This document shows positions 46,201 through 59,189 of a stretch of DNA of 64,000 nucleotides, piece after piece. The notes under the pieces were generated by a model. It saw nothing but the letters and a program-made list of their open reading frames with translations. It had not been told where the DNA came from and searched no databases. The stretch lies in contig QPMI01000428.1 of assembly GCA_004431415.1 (NCBI GenBank), forward strand, positions 310,001 through 374,000, given 5' to 3'. Source of the stretch: Cyanophora paradoxa CCMP329. Taxonomy: Eukaryota; Plantae; Glaucophyta. Numbering within the stretch: position 1 is the stretch's first letter; each line of letters opens with the position of its first letter. The position numbers and the translations under genes are program-made.

Positions 46201-46737
46201 CAGCAGCCCGCCCTGCGTCAAATCGCTGTAGTTAGTTCGATACGATTACAATGCGTACTCTTGCAAGGAATGTAAGCACCAGTTTTCCGTTCCTGTCATC
46301 TGTTCATTCAGCAGACGGAACTCCGTGCCTGCGCGATCGGCACTCCAAAGCGAGGCGCGACCAGGCTCCGCGAAATTCTGAGGGAAGCATCAATTTGGAG
46401 ATCGTGTTAGGAAACCCCAATCCTGCACGTCGCCCAGTGACACGCCGCAAATATTTTAATTGAAGCTCACCAGCATCGAGTCCATGTTGGACGGCCAGCT
46501 GAAAAGCGACAGCCACACATATCCGGAGCCGCGGTCACTGCCAGTTGCAGCAATTTCGTCGCTCGCAAAAGCAGTATTCGACGCTGGCCCTGGCCCCGGT
46601 ACATGCGCGAGAGCCGGAATGCCATATTCCGTCGCTAGCGCTGTATCGATATCTGTCTGGGTCGCACGCGCAACCGTCGCGGGGGAGATCAAGTCCGCTT
46701 CTATCAGAGCAAGGCAAGCGAAAAGCGCGAATGACAT
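43211..46737 (-). CDS. Putative secretory-pathway GT-A-like glycosyltransferase / conserved hypothetical protein
   Basis: Hydrophobic N-terminus MSFALFACLAL; spliced C-terminal domain LAVVRPFVKDQ..FPC..VFYFN..ACFRDIRFI..GTCIQFYHMF..YESVFLMEPDVRPLRRNWLD..FWVKGS..HINGNAMY..FDHSVY..HRLQYSTFVLN..LLVHSK, with an ExD motif after a hydrophobic strand. Function is inferred. Confidence 0.6.
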
Positions 46738-47777
46738 GAGCCGCCGCGCGCGCGAGGCTCCTTCAGCAGGCCGCTTTCCAGCAGATCTAGACGACCCCGC
46801 TCCTGCGCGCGCATGCGGAGACGTGAGCGATTGCACACGTTCTCGGAAGCTGTAGCTCTAGCTATAGATCCACTGATCCGGACTGGAATGTGATGGCGCG
46901 CCGCAGCGCGCACTCACGATCATCTTGATCAAAGTAAACGCGCTGATTCCAGTCACAGGAGCCCCAGACTGCAGCAGCGCATGCCTCTACACTAATAAGC
47001 TAGCCGCCGAGCGCTAGATATAGCGAGCGTGCTCGAGCGCGCTAGCGCTGCAGCTGGAATGTCACTGAGTCATCGCGCGCTCATGATCATCTAGATCTCG
47101 GCGGTTGCAACTGCAGCTGAAGCGCTAGCAGCAGCAGCAGCATACATACGTATATATAAGTCGACGTCAGAAGTGGTTCTATTTTAGCAGCTGTCAGCCG
47201 CCAAGCTTGAAGTGGTTTAAACATCGGAAATGAATCGAAGTGGTTCTAGAGAACACGCACTGCGGCATGTACACGCCGTGACGTCAGAGTAAATTAAATA
47301 CTTCTGCGATTGCGCGGATTCACACGCGACACTGTGGCATGCGCCTATATAGCTATATAGCTAGCAGATGGACGAGGTTCTACGAGATGCACGCACGCAG
47401 TCGAGATGTTTTGCTACGTTCTTCTCAGAGTTTACCTCGCGATCGTAGCATAAAATTTGCTCGAATAGCCTAGTAGGTCCGGCGCCGGCCACGCAGGAAG
47501 TGGGCCCCCCGGCCCTCCCCATGGCCACATCATCGTTTTTACTGATTGTACATGTACACCGACCATCGGACAACTCTAGCTGAAAACGACCAAATCTTAA
47601 TTATAAGAACTGATCATAAGGCGACAGTACGTCTGACAACTCTGATCATGAAAACCAGAACCACAACAGGGCTTCATACCGTCGCACATATATATAAGGA
47701 CCGGAATAGCTTAAAGATAATGATAAAGCCTGTTTCCGCCATTAATATTCATAGGCTTTGTAAGCCTCGGCCCGGCC

Positions 47778-50700
47778 TCACAAGCGGTAGGCGTCTCGGA
47801 GTTGTTCGAGGGATGCCCCGAACGAGCTCGAGGCGGCGCCGGCGCCGGCGCCCCGCTCGAATTCGAAGCCGCGCGGGGAGGCCCCCCGCCCGGCCCTGGC
47901 GGGACTCGCCCGCAGCTCGTCTACCGCGGCGAGCAAATCGCCCAGTGGCATGGGGCCCGCGCCGCCGCCGCGCCCCATCGCGCCCATATGCATGGACAGG
48001 GGCTGCGGGGCCTCGATCCCGCGCGGCGAGAGGGCGTCAAAAGGCCGCGGGGAAAGGAGCGGACGAGGGGAAAGGACGGCCGCGGGCCGAGGCGAGAGGG
48101 CCGGCCATGGGGAGGGGCCCAGGGCCGGCCGCGGGGAAAGGGCCGCCCTGGGTCTGAACGAGCTCGAGGTCGGGGGCACGTGCACGTACGGCGCATGTGC
48201 GTCCGCGTACTCGTCCCCGCCGGCGGAGGCGAAGCTCGTCTCAAAGCCCGGCGGGGATCCGGAGGCCCGGGGCCCATCCCGCACCTCCTCCAGCGCGGAG
48301 CGCAGGTCGGGCCCGAGCCCCACCGCCGCTGCGGCCTCCGCCCCGCCCACTCCGTACCCGTACTGCGGCGGAGGCGGATTCGGGGCCCAGTAAGACGGCT
48401 GCGGAAGGGCGTAGCGGTCTGGAGAGAGGGGGTGGTCGTGGGCGGAGGGCCCCACGTCGTAGTAGGCGGCGCTCCCGGGCTCGTAGCCCGCGGGAGGGAA
48501 GGGCGCCGGCGCCTGGGGGTACGGGTGCATGGGCGCCGGCGGGCTCTGCTGGGCCGCGCCGGCGCCGCGGAAGGGAACGGCTGCGAAGGGCCGCGATCGG
48601 GAGGAGCGCTGCTGCGGGGCGCCGCCGGCGGGCGTGGCGGGGGCTGCGGCCCACGACCAGAGGCTCCGCCGCCGCTCGCGATCGGGGCGGGTCTCGCGGA
48701 AGGCGGAGACGAGGAGCAGGGCGAACGAAGCGACGAGGAAGAGAAGCTGGAAGACGGCGAGGGCGACGCCAACGTTGCTCTGCACGGCGGACGAGACGAG
48801 CGGGATGAAGACCGCCGCCAAGCTGCGGCCGGAGACGATGAGAGATTTGGAAATTCGGAGATTCGGATCGGGGCGCACGCGGTGGCGGTGTGGATCCACC
48901 AGGCGAGGGCGTGGAGGCGGCCGGGCCAGCCGTGAAGGCCGAAGGCGGCGGGGAGTGAGGCGAGGAGGACGGCGAGGACGGCGGGTGCCTGCGCCTGGCG
49001 CTCCTGCGCGGCCCAGCCGTGGATGGCAGCGATGCAGACCGCCGCCGCCAGCTTCCGCAGCGCGCTGACGAGCTCGAACACCGGCCACCCCGCCGGCACG
49101 CCCCTGCGCATCCACATTCAGCGGGCAGAGCGCGAGGCGCCCTTAAGATCTCTGCGCACTCGAAGAGGAGGCCGTAGGTCGCGCGCCAGCGGAACCGCTC
49201 GAGGCGGTCCGCGGCGCGCAGCGCCCTCCGCAGCTCCCGGTCGTCAGCTGCGGCCGCCGCGCCGACACCGACGCTGAAGCTCGCCTCGCCTGCGCCGGCC
49301 CCGGCAGCGGATTTCGCGGCGAGGGCGCCGGCGCCGTCGTAGCGGAAGGGGAGGGGGGACCAGCCGTAGTGGCGGGCGGTGGCCCGCCAGACGAGGGCGG
49401 CGAGCCACGCGAGCCAGAGGCCGACGCAGACGACCATCGCGACGGGGCCGAGCGCGTCGCGCAGCGATCGGTACTTGTCCGTCGCGCAGTCGGCCGTCAG
49501 ATCGCTGCGCAGGAAGTAGCGCCCGCCCCCCAGGTGCCAGCACCCGTACAGCTGCGAGACATTGACGTTCATCGAGACGGTCATTTCGCGAGATGTAAAT
49601 TAGAGCACCTGGAATATCTTGGCGTAGGTCATGGGGACGACCCACCAGAGGAGGAGGAGGAGGGACCCCAGGACCGTCGGCCACACGCTGAAGACAACCT
49701 CGCGATCGCGAGCGGCCGCGGGCGGCTGCTCCGGCTCGGCTGGCGCCGTCCCTGCTTCGAAATTCGTCGGAATCGAGCTTAAGAGAAAGCTGAAGGCAAT
49801 GGGCGAAAAACATCGATGCTGACCCTCGGGTCCGCGCTCCTGCTCCTGCTCCCCTCCAGTTCCGGACTCTCCGGCGGTCCGGTCGCCCTCGGCCGGCCGC
49901 GGGCGCCGGCTCCGGCTCCGCAACTTCTTCGCGGCGGGGTCCGGGGCGCGGAGCCGCCAGATGTAGAAGGGCGACAGCAGCGCGAGCAGCACCGTCGCGA
50001 GGAACATGCCCAAATAGAACCTAGCACATCGTTCGAAATGAAACCAGAAATCATTGTATACGTAGAACTAGACTTCAGAGCGTTAACTGCAAATCGAAAC
50101 TCAAGGCGCACCCGACTCTGCGGAAGACGGGCTCGTCGCCGCCGCCGAGGACGCAGTCGACGGAGACCGCCGACGAGAACGGATCGTACAGCGCCCCGTG
50201 AACCCTGCGCCGCGAATATCAGAGTTAGTTCGGATATCAGGATATCAGGATGAAAGAGGTTCGAATTCGAGACGGGATATATTCGCGGATACCTGAAACT
50301 GACGGCGGCGCCAGCGGGCCACCGCACGTCCATCCTGCCCAGGATGTGCATCGTTTGGCTGCGGCCGATCATGAGATCGGAAACAAATGTGTACAAAACT
50401 GTTTTAATTCTTCGCAATCGACGAAAGCGCTTCATTCTTTTTTGGAATCGCAGCGAAATCGTGGACTTCGACGTCGACGCACATGTGATCCACGAAGACG
50501 CGGAGAAGAGGCACGAGAGGGAGGGCGTCGGCTAAGGCCGCGGCCGGCGTCGCCGTCGCCGTCGCCGTCGCCGTCCCCGTCGCCGTCGCCGCGGGCAGAG
50601 GAGACTTGGGCCGCGGCGCCGACGCCGACGCCGAGCGGGGCGGCCTGCGGAGGGAGACGGCGACGGTGGCGGCCATCATGTAAAGCAGGCCGAGGTAGAC

Positions 50701-53700
50701 GACGAAGAAGAAGGCGACGCCGCCGCCCGTGCCGCGGAAGCCCGTGCACGGGACGCAGTTGAGCGCGTCCACGCGCCCGTAGCCGGCGTCGCACGCCGTG
50801 CACATCGGGCCTGCCGCAGTGCAGGAAAGGGAATTCAGTTCGAACTCGAGAGCTCAAATCTACGTATACATTAAATATTGTTACGGACCGGTGTAGCCGG
50901 GCTTGCAGGCTCGGAAGCCGACGGAGGAGCTCGAGGAGGGCGGGGGCGGGGGCGGGGCGAGCACCAGGTCCTGCGCCAGGCGGCGCCTGGACGCCGATCC
51001 CGAGCCGGAGCCCGAGGCGGAGGCGGAGGTCTCGACGGTGGCGCAGGCGTCGGTGAGGCAGGGGAGGAAGAACGAGGGGTCGTAGGGCGAGCTCCAGAAG
51101 CCCAGGGACGCCTCCGAGGCGGCCCCGGCGCCCCCGCCGCAGGCGCCGCCGTCGGGGCACGCGCTGCAGATCTTGCCGCGGCTCTCGGGGAAGGCCCACA
51201 GGCTGAAGGTCCCCGGCGGGCAGGTGTAGCAGCTAAACTCGTTCGGCAGCTGCACCTCCCCTGCGTTTATATATGTCACAAGATAATAGAAGGATACGAT
51301 TGAGACGCGGTAGCCTCGCACCGGCCCGGCAGGGGGCGAAGGCGACGTCGAAGGTGCGGGAGAAGGCGGCGGGCGGGGGCAACGAGGCCGAGTCACGGTC
51401 CTCGGGCCACGAAAGGTTCGCCATCCGGGCCTAAAGAAGGACAATAAGCTTAAGAGCATATTAAAAGGGAAAAGCTAAGGCCTTTACAATTACAGACCTC
51501 GACGACGATGGCGGCGGAGGAGCCCGGGTGCCATAGGACGGAGAGGCGCGGGAGGGAGGCGACGCCGGCGCGCGCGACGGCGGCGCCCTCGGACACGACG
51601 GGGAGCACGAGGCCCGAGGCGGCGGGGGCCGGCGGCTGCAGCGGCGCGACGCGCGCCGCGAGCGTCGACTGCCCGTCCTCCGCAACCACGCTGCCGAACA
51701 GGTCCGTGCTGGAGAAACCGTCCCGTGTCAGTCAAGTTTATGCTAATGTTACTTAAAGTCGCGTTGATGGAAAGCGCGTTGATGTTAACGTTCTTTATGT
51801 TCTAAATCTTTACTTACAAAGTCGCGTTGATGGAAACAGGCTCGCCGCTGCCGAGGATGGGCGGTAGACCGCCCACGTCCGCACGGACGGCCCCCGAGGC
51901 GCAGCGGGGCCCGTAGGAGCCCGCCCCGTCCGCGCCGCCCGCGGCCGCGGCCGCGCCGGACGCGCAGACGCGCCAGAGAGTGCACGCGGGGTCGAGGGGC
52001 CACCGCCCGCCCCAGAAGAGCGTGCCGCCCGCCACACCGGCTGCGCACGGGAATCTGCCATCAGGTACGAAGAGTATTGAATCCGCCTAGCCTCTTGAAT
52101 AATATTCCCAATTATCTCCCTTAATAAATATCGCGAGGTGGCGCCGCGCGCTAAGACATTAGCGAGCACGGACCCTGGTTGGCGTCGAAGAGGGCGGCGG
52201 GGTCCTCCGGCAGGCGCAGCTGGGCGCAGCCGACGCCGGGCCCCGCGTACAGCGCCGCCCCGTAGCGCGCGGCGGCGTTGGCGGCGAGCCGCGCGTCTGC
52301 GGCGAGTGCCAGCTCGCCACCCGCCCCCTCCAAGGCCGCCGCCCCTCCGAAGGCCGCCTGGTTCGACCGCTGCGGCGCCTTACAAATTGAACCGATATAA
52401 ATATAACAGATTTTGCGCACGAGGGTGACGCCGGCGAGGGAGGCGCGGGCGCCCTTCGCGGAAACGGCGCCGCCCGCCTTCGCCGCCGCGTTGTCCGAGA
52501 GCGCCCCCCGGAGGACCTCGAGGGATGCGCCCTCCCCCGCGAAAACGCCCCCGCCGCGGCCGGCGCGGTTGCCCGACACGTCCGAATCGACGAGGGCGGC
52601 GGACGCTGCGAAGGCGACGGCGACGCCACCGCCGGCGACGCCCGCCGAGCAGCCGGCGACGCGAGTGCGGTTGAGGCGGAGGACGGCGCCGGCCCCTTCG
52701 GCGTGCGCGCCGCCGCCAGCGTCGGCGGCCGTGCAGTCGGACAAGCGCGAGTCGACGAGCTCGAGCTTCGCCCCGCCCGCCACGACCGCCGCCCCGCCTC
52801 GGTCCGCCGCGCAGCGGTCGAAGCCGCAATCGAGCACCTGCACGCGGGCGCCCTCCGCCGCGAAAATCGCCCCCCCGTCGCCGCCCGCCGCGCCGCAGTC
52901 GGCAAAGGCGCAGCGGCGAAGCGTAACGTCCCCGCCTCGGACGGCGACGGCCCCCCCGCGGGCGGCGGCGGCGGCGCCCTCGAAGCGGCAGTCGGCGAGG
53001 TCGGCCGCGCTGTGCTCGACCGCGACGCAGGCGCCCTCCGGGGCCGTCGCGTTGAGGCAGGTGAGGTTGGACGCAGCGAGGCGGGCCCCGCCGCGGGCCG
53101 CGACGGCCCCGCCGGCACGCCGACGAAGAGGCAGTCGCGGAGGGCGAGGCGGGCGCCGCCCTCGGCGAGGACCGCGGGGCCCGCGGCCGCCTCGCCGGCG
53201 GGGGCCCCGCCGAGCGCCACGAGGCCCTCGACGTCGACGTCGGCAGAGGCGCCGGGTCCAGCCACGAGGCACGAGGCGGTGCGGAGGCAGCGGAGGCCGC
53301 GGACGGCGGCGGGCCCGCGGAGGGCGACGGCGGGGCCGGCACCGCCCTCAGACTCCACGCCCTCCACAAGGACGACGGAGGAGGAGAAGAACGGCGACGA
53401 CTGCGGCGGCAGTGATGGGGGATCAACTAGCACGCAGGGGCCCGCCACGCCCGCGCAACGGAGGCTGCGGACGGACGCGGGGCCGCGGAGGGCGACGGCG
53501 GGTCCGGAGCCGCCCTCCGCCTCCACACCCTCCACAAGGACGACGTCGACGGAGGAGAAGGACGGAGACGAAGACGGCAACGACGGCAGGGACGCGTCGA
53601 CTCGCACGCACGGGCCTGACACGCCCACGCAGTGCACGCCAGCGACGGCCACGCTGGCCTGCACAGAAAAGTTTAGAATAATTACAAATCAAAGAAGAGA

Positions 53701-56700
53701 GCGGGCGCCAGCGCACTTCGCCGGAGGCGGCGACGTCGATTGCGGCATCGGAAAAGGCGCCGCGGACGGCGGAGACGTTCGTTGCAGAGAGGGAGCCGCC
53801 GGCGATGGTGAGGGCGATCCCTGCGGCTGCAGATGCGCCTCGGACGAGTGCGATGTCCCTCAGAGCGACGCTCGCGTTGGCGAAGTGGGCGTCGAGGAGG
53901 CGGCGGGCGGCCCCCGCGAGGGAGCCGGGGCCGACGGCGACCTGGCCGGACGCCGCGGCGAGGCGGAGGGCGGGGCCGGCGTCGGGGGCAAGTGTATTTT
54001 CGATGGCGAAGCGGGCGAGGACGAGGGCCGAGGCCGACTCGAGGGAGACGGGGCAGGCGAGCCGGTGGGCATCGAAATCGAGGAGGGCGGCGCCGCGCCC
54101 CGCGGACAGGGCGAGGCCGCCGGCCGCGACGTCGGCGAGAGAGATGCGCTCGGCGCGCAGGTCGGCCCCCGCTGAGACGGTGGAGACGGCCGCCGAGCGC
54201 GCCCCGCGCCACTCGACGTCCTCCACCCCAGCGCTCCCGCCGGCCGCGAGGTCTGCGAGTGGCGAAGACAATAAAAATTTGATTGAAGCTCTTTGAAGCG
54301 GAAGAAAATTGTTCACCAAGGGAGGAGCAGCCGGAGAAGAGGGCGCGGGCGAGTGACAGGTCCCTCCCCGCGTAGACCGCGAGGCATGCCGGCGCGGCCT
54401 CGAAATCGGCCGTGGCCGCCGCGAAAGTAATGTCGGCGAGAGCGGCGGAGGCTGCACCGAGAGAGGCCAGGCCGCGTGCATTCGCGGCAAGGTCCATGAC
54501 CGAGACGCCTTCCAGGTTGACGGCACTGTCCGCTTCGAATTCGCCGGCGTCTGTCTGGGCGTCGATGGCCCAGCCGGGGCCGGCCGCCGACTCAAGACGG
54601 AGGCCTGCGACGGACAGGCTTTGCACGCCGCGGGCGTAGAGCGCGGCGCCCGCCTCGGCGGCGCGGACGGCGGCGAGGCTGCAGTTGACGAGGCGGAGGG
54701 CGGAGGCCCCCGCCGCGTGCAGGAAGCCGCCCCGCCCGCCCGCCGCGTCGCGCGCGTCCGCGTTCTCGAGCACGAGCGTCGGGCCCGGCGACGATCCCGA
54801 CGGCCGCACTGGCGCCGACAGAGCAGCGACAGCGGCAGGGTCCTGGATCGCGGAGCTGGTGTCCTGCTGTCGCCCCACGTACACGCCGCCCCCGAGCGTC
54901 GCTGCAAAAATAGTTGAACGATTAATTAGTCGCGAAACATGACACCGAAAGCATTTTATCGCCCGCTTTGTTATCGTAATTCGTTATCGCGAGCCTCCCT
55001 GTGCTCTCGCAAAGCAGATCCTGTACACATATTGCAATTTCGTCGCCGGTCCATCTGATATCGATCGTGAAAAGGAACGGCGACGAACCTTGAACGGCGT
55101 CGAAGGTGCAGCCCGTGCAGGTCACAGTCGCGTTGCCGGCGCCCCGCACGTGGAGCGCGCCTCCGGCCTCGGCGGAGAGCTCCCGGAACGCGACCGTCTC
55201 GAGGTCCGCCCCGCTCTCCTCCAGCGCCAGCGCCCCGCCCGCCGCCACAGAGGCCGCATGCGCACCGGCGCCTGATGCACCGCGAAACTCGGAGTCGGAG
55301 ACGCGCAGGTGCGAGCGGAGGGCGGCGAGGGCCCCGCCGGCCGCCGCCGCCGTGTTCGCTTCGAAGAGGCACGCGGAGAGGGTCGCTGTGGAGTTGGCGA
55401 TGTGAATCGCACCGCCGCTGCCCGCCCTGTTCCGCTCGAACCTGCATGCGCATGCGCACGACCACGCCCTTGATCAGCAGCTGTAAATTCGTCAACGCCG
55501 AACAGAGCTGCAGCGGATCCGGACCTGCAGTCGCTGGCAAAAAGGGACGCGCTGGCTGCGCGGATGGCCCCGCCATCGCCGTCGCCGGCGACGTTGTCGG
55601 AAAAGCGGCAGCGGGCGAGGGTCGCCCCCGTCCGCTCGAGGAGGAGGGCGGGGCCGCGGCCGCCCTCGAAACCGCAGTCGGCGAGGTCGGCGGAGGCCGT
55701 GCGTGCGAAGCTGGCGGCGGGCGAGAGCGAGCCGCCGAACGAGACGGACTGCAGTACGGTGGAGGCGGCGTCGGAGACGGCGAGGGCGCCGCCGCGGCCG
55801 GCGCGGGCGGCGCAGCCGTCGAACCGGACGCGGCGGAGCGAGAGGCGCTCGACGGCGGATGCGACGAGGGCGCCCTGCACGCCGCTCACGCCCTCGAAGG
55901 AAACGTCAGCCAGCGCCGCTTGCGCCACGGAGCGGAGGCGGAGGGCGCCGGCGCTGCAGTTGGCGAAGGCGGCGCCCTCGAGGGAAGCCTCCGCCAGGCC
56001 TTCCAGTGCGAGCGGGGCGGGTAGGGCGCGGAAGACAAGGCGGCGGAGGGCGAGGCGGGTGCCGTTGCCGAGCACGCGGAGGGCGGCGCCACCGCGGAAG
56101 GCAAGGCTCGCGTTTTTGTTTTCGCCCGAGCCGGCGGGCGCCAGGACGAGGGACGCGGGCCCGGCGTCCGGCACGTGCAGGGGGGCCAGGACGTGCGGCG
56201 CGGCGGGGTCCACGGACGGCGGAGGGGGCAGGAAAGCGAACTCGAAGGCGGCGCCCGGGGCCGGGAGGCGGAGAGCGACGGCGAGGGCGGAGGAGACGTG
56301 GTCGGGGTCGAGGAGGGGCCGCAGGGCGGAGCCGGTGCGGGCGCCCGGCGGGCCGATCGGGTCCAGCGAGACGAGGAAGGGCTTGTACGCGGCGAGGAGG
56401 CGGGCGCGGAAGAAGAGGGGCGGGGGCCCCGCGGCGGGCGCGGGGCCGATCTGCTGGAACTGGAGGAAGAGGGGACCGCCCCCCTCGAGGGCGGCCGAGA
56501 GGCCGTCGGGGGAGGCGCGCAGCGGGAGGGGCGGGGCGGCGGCGGAGCTGCCGTTGAAGGCGCGCCAGCGGGCGGTGCCGGAGGGGGGCACGCCGTCGGG
56601 GGGTACGTGGAGGAAGAGGCGGGCGGCGCCGGGGTACTCGAAGAGCCAGCCGCACTCGCGCGGGGCGGCGGCGTCGGCGGAGGGGGCGGCGGCGAGGAAG

Positions 56701-57113
56701 GCGGGGTTCGAATCGGGCCTCTCGAGGGCCGCGCAGCCGGCGGCCGCGTACTGGTACCCGTCCGTGAGGAGCTGCGGGGGGTACGCGTCGCCGGCGAATC
56801 GGATTTCGACGGGTACGAGGCCGGGGCCGGCCGAGGGGGAGACGGGGGCCGAGACGGCGAGGGCCGCAGCATCGGCAGGCCACTCCAGAATGGCTGCGGC
56901 CCGCCCGCCGAAGAGGACGCGGTCGACGGCGCGGCGGCGGGCCGCGAAGAGGGCGTCGCCGCGGAGGGTGACCGCGGCGCCGCCGGAGACGAGGCCCACG
57001 GCGGGCGAGGCCCCGAGCAGCCGCTGCGCCCCGGCGCCCGCCGCGATCGCCAGGAGCAGCAGCAGCGCCGCCCACAGGCGTACGGGCCACGGCCCGAGGT
57101 GCGTGCGAGGCAT
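47778..57113 (-). CDS. Very large cell-surface protein: signal peptide, IPT/TIG, CUB-like segment, Pmp/parallel beta-helix repeats, Cys-rich stalk, multi-TM domain, Pro-rich tail
   Basis: MPRTHLGPWPVRLWAALLLLLAIAAGAGA; SPAVGLVSGGAAVTLRG (IPT); repeated GGA(I/L/V) and FxxN-like motifs (FSDNVAGDGDGGAIRA, VSGNRAGRGGGV); CYTCPPGTFS..CSACPDG..GFW..CKPGYTGPMCTAC; FLRSDLTADC; YGLLFE..FELVSALRKL plus several hydrophobic helices. Confidence 0.85.
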
Positions 57114-59189
57114 CTGGGGACGGCCGCGGCCGCAGCGTGGCACAGGCGACGTGGCACAGCAGCGCGGAGGGCTCCGGATCCTCACCGAAAACAGAAACAC
57201 CGATTGCAAGTACAGATTGCAATCGAAGTCGCGGATCGCCAATGATGAATGTTCAATGCGGGGTCGCGATCGGGGTCCAGTTAGACGACCTCGCTGCAAA
57301 GATTGTCATAATAAAAACAGATCGAAAATTTGGGGGAGGCAAGGCAGGCTTAGGGGGGCGAATCTTTGTAGATTACCCTGGGTGGGCTTATAAAACCATA
57401 CCCCCATACCCCGGGGCAGCCATACCCCGGGGGCAGGGTAGGCGGAGGCTAGGCTTAGGGCAGGCCTAGGGGGTGCAGGGTTGAGCCGGGGAGGCAATCC
57501 GAGCCCGGGGTCAGCTGCAGGAGGGCCGGGGAGTACAGGTGGGGCCCGGCACGCTTACGGCCGCGGCGCAGCGAGATCTAGAGGCGGTGGCCATGGCACT
57601 GCGGCGCCGGCACAGCGACGAGCAAACTTGAATTGTGGTACAGCACAGAGGCGCGCACCGGTACCGAGGCTCCGACCAGACAGGCTGAGACAGCAGGCTG
57701 GCGCTAAAAAATCCGGTGCGAGCTCCAGGCGAGCTCGAGGCTCGTTGGCCCTTCGTGATAAGTCATCTGGAGCATGTGCATTGATCATCATCGATTTTTG
57801 CAATTGCAATTGACCGCGCGCACGTCAGGCTCGTCGACGTCGACAGCGCTTTCGCTTGCTATCATGGCATATCTATAGGCATAAGTTGCCGCATAACGAG
57901 AGATTGAGCTAGATTCGACCACCGCTTGAAGCAGGCAATTACAAGCTCAAGCGTGGCCATGATGCCATGATGCGTGGCCATGATGCGTGGATCGCCGAGA
58001 TCTTAAGCATGATCATGATCAGATAGCGCTGCTTACATCGCCGCTGGATCTATATCCGATGATCTGGCGCTGCGCATGCGCTATGCCAAGTATGCATGCA
58101 TGACATGCATATATATGATCATCGGATGCTGCATCTCACCTAGCTATATATAGGAATCAGAGACTAGCTGTAGGATGCTCGAAGTCGAATCGAAGCGCTA
58201 GCTCAATTGCAAGGCCCGCAAATTACTAAGTTATAAACTTAAAAGTTACTTAAGTTAGAATCACAATGCGAGCTCCCGGTCGCGCGCTGCCAGCTGATCA
58301 TGCTCGACTCGGTGCGCACACTATTATGCATGCACATGTATAGTACGTACAGCTACGATCGCGAGATGCGAGCGAGCCTAAAGGTTGGAGATGCTTGTAT
58401 ATGGATACGGCATGTACACTCTGAGAGGGCCTGAACTTCGGAAGCTGGGCGGCAGCCTGGGCCCTAGGCCCGGCGGCCTGCAGCTGCCGGCGCCAGGCTG
58501 GCCGGCAGACTGCGGCAGTGCCCGGCAGTGCCGGCACTCAGCGGCACTGGCAGCCGCACTGCCGGTGACTGCAGCTGCCCGGCAGACCGTCGGACGGCGG
58601 CAGTGCACTGGCCGAGTCTGGCCAGTGGCCCCTGGGCCGGGGGCCGGCAGCTGCAGTGGCCGCGGCCCGCGCGGCCTGCCCGGGGCCGGCGCCGGCGCCG
58701 GGCCGGCGGCCAGCTGCAGGCTGGCGCGATGGCTGAAAAAATTGGTCGATCGCATCATCGATTCGCATAATCGCTCAGTGGATTAATATTCGCCTGATTC
58801 GCAGTGATTCCTGAATCGCCAAGTCGCAGGAAATATTAATTTCGCACTGGGAGCACTGCATGCGGCACTAATGCGCACATGAATGGCATAAATCAGCTAA
58901 TAAATATTTAATTCTGGTATTTAGTTCGCTTTTTTCGGATTGATTTAATTGAATCATTTATTAATTTGTTTTTGGTGTTGTGCGGCTCTGATGGGCGGCT
59001 TGACGCCGGGCCCCGCCGTCAAAATTAATACTAGTACACGACGTACGCTTAAATTGTGGCGTAGTTTTCGTTTCCTAGTTTCGCTGGCCATGGGGGGGGG
59101 GGGGGGGGGGGGACGAAGGGAGGGGGAAGCGAGGCGGGGCGCGCGCGGGGGGCCCGGCGGCCCCTCGAGCTAACTTTCAGGCTTCATGA

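Noticed and set aside
57330-57500. Telomere-like TTAGGG/CTAGGG words and a 10 bp repeat GGGGAGGCAA
   Set aside because: Scattered single words, not a tandem array; element boundaries could not be supported.
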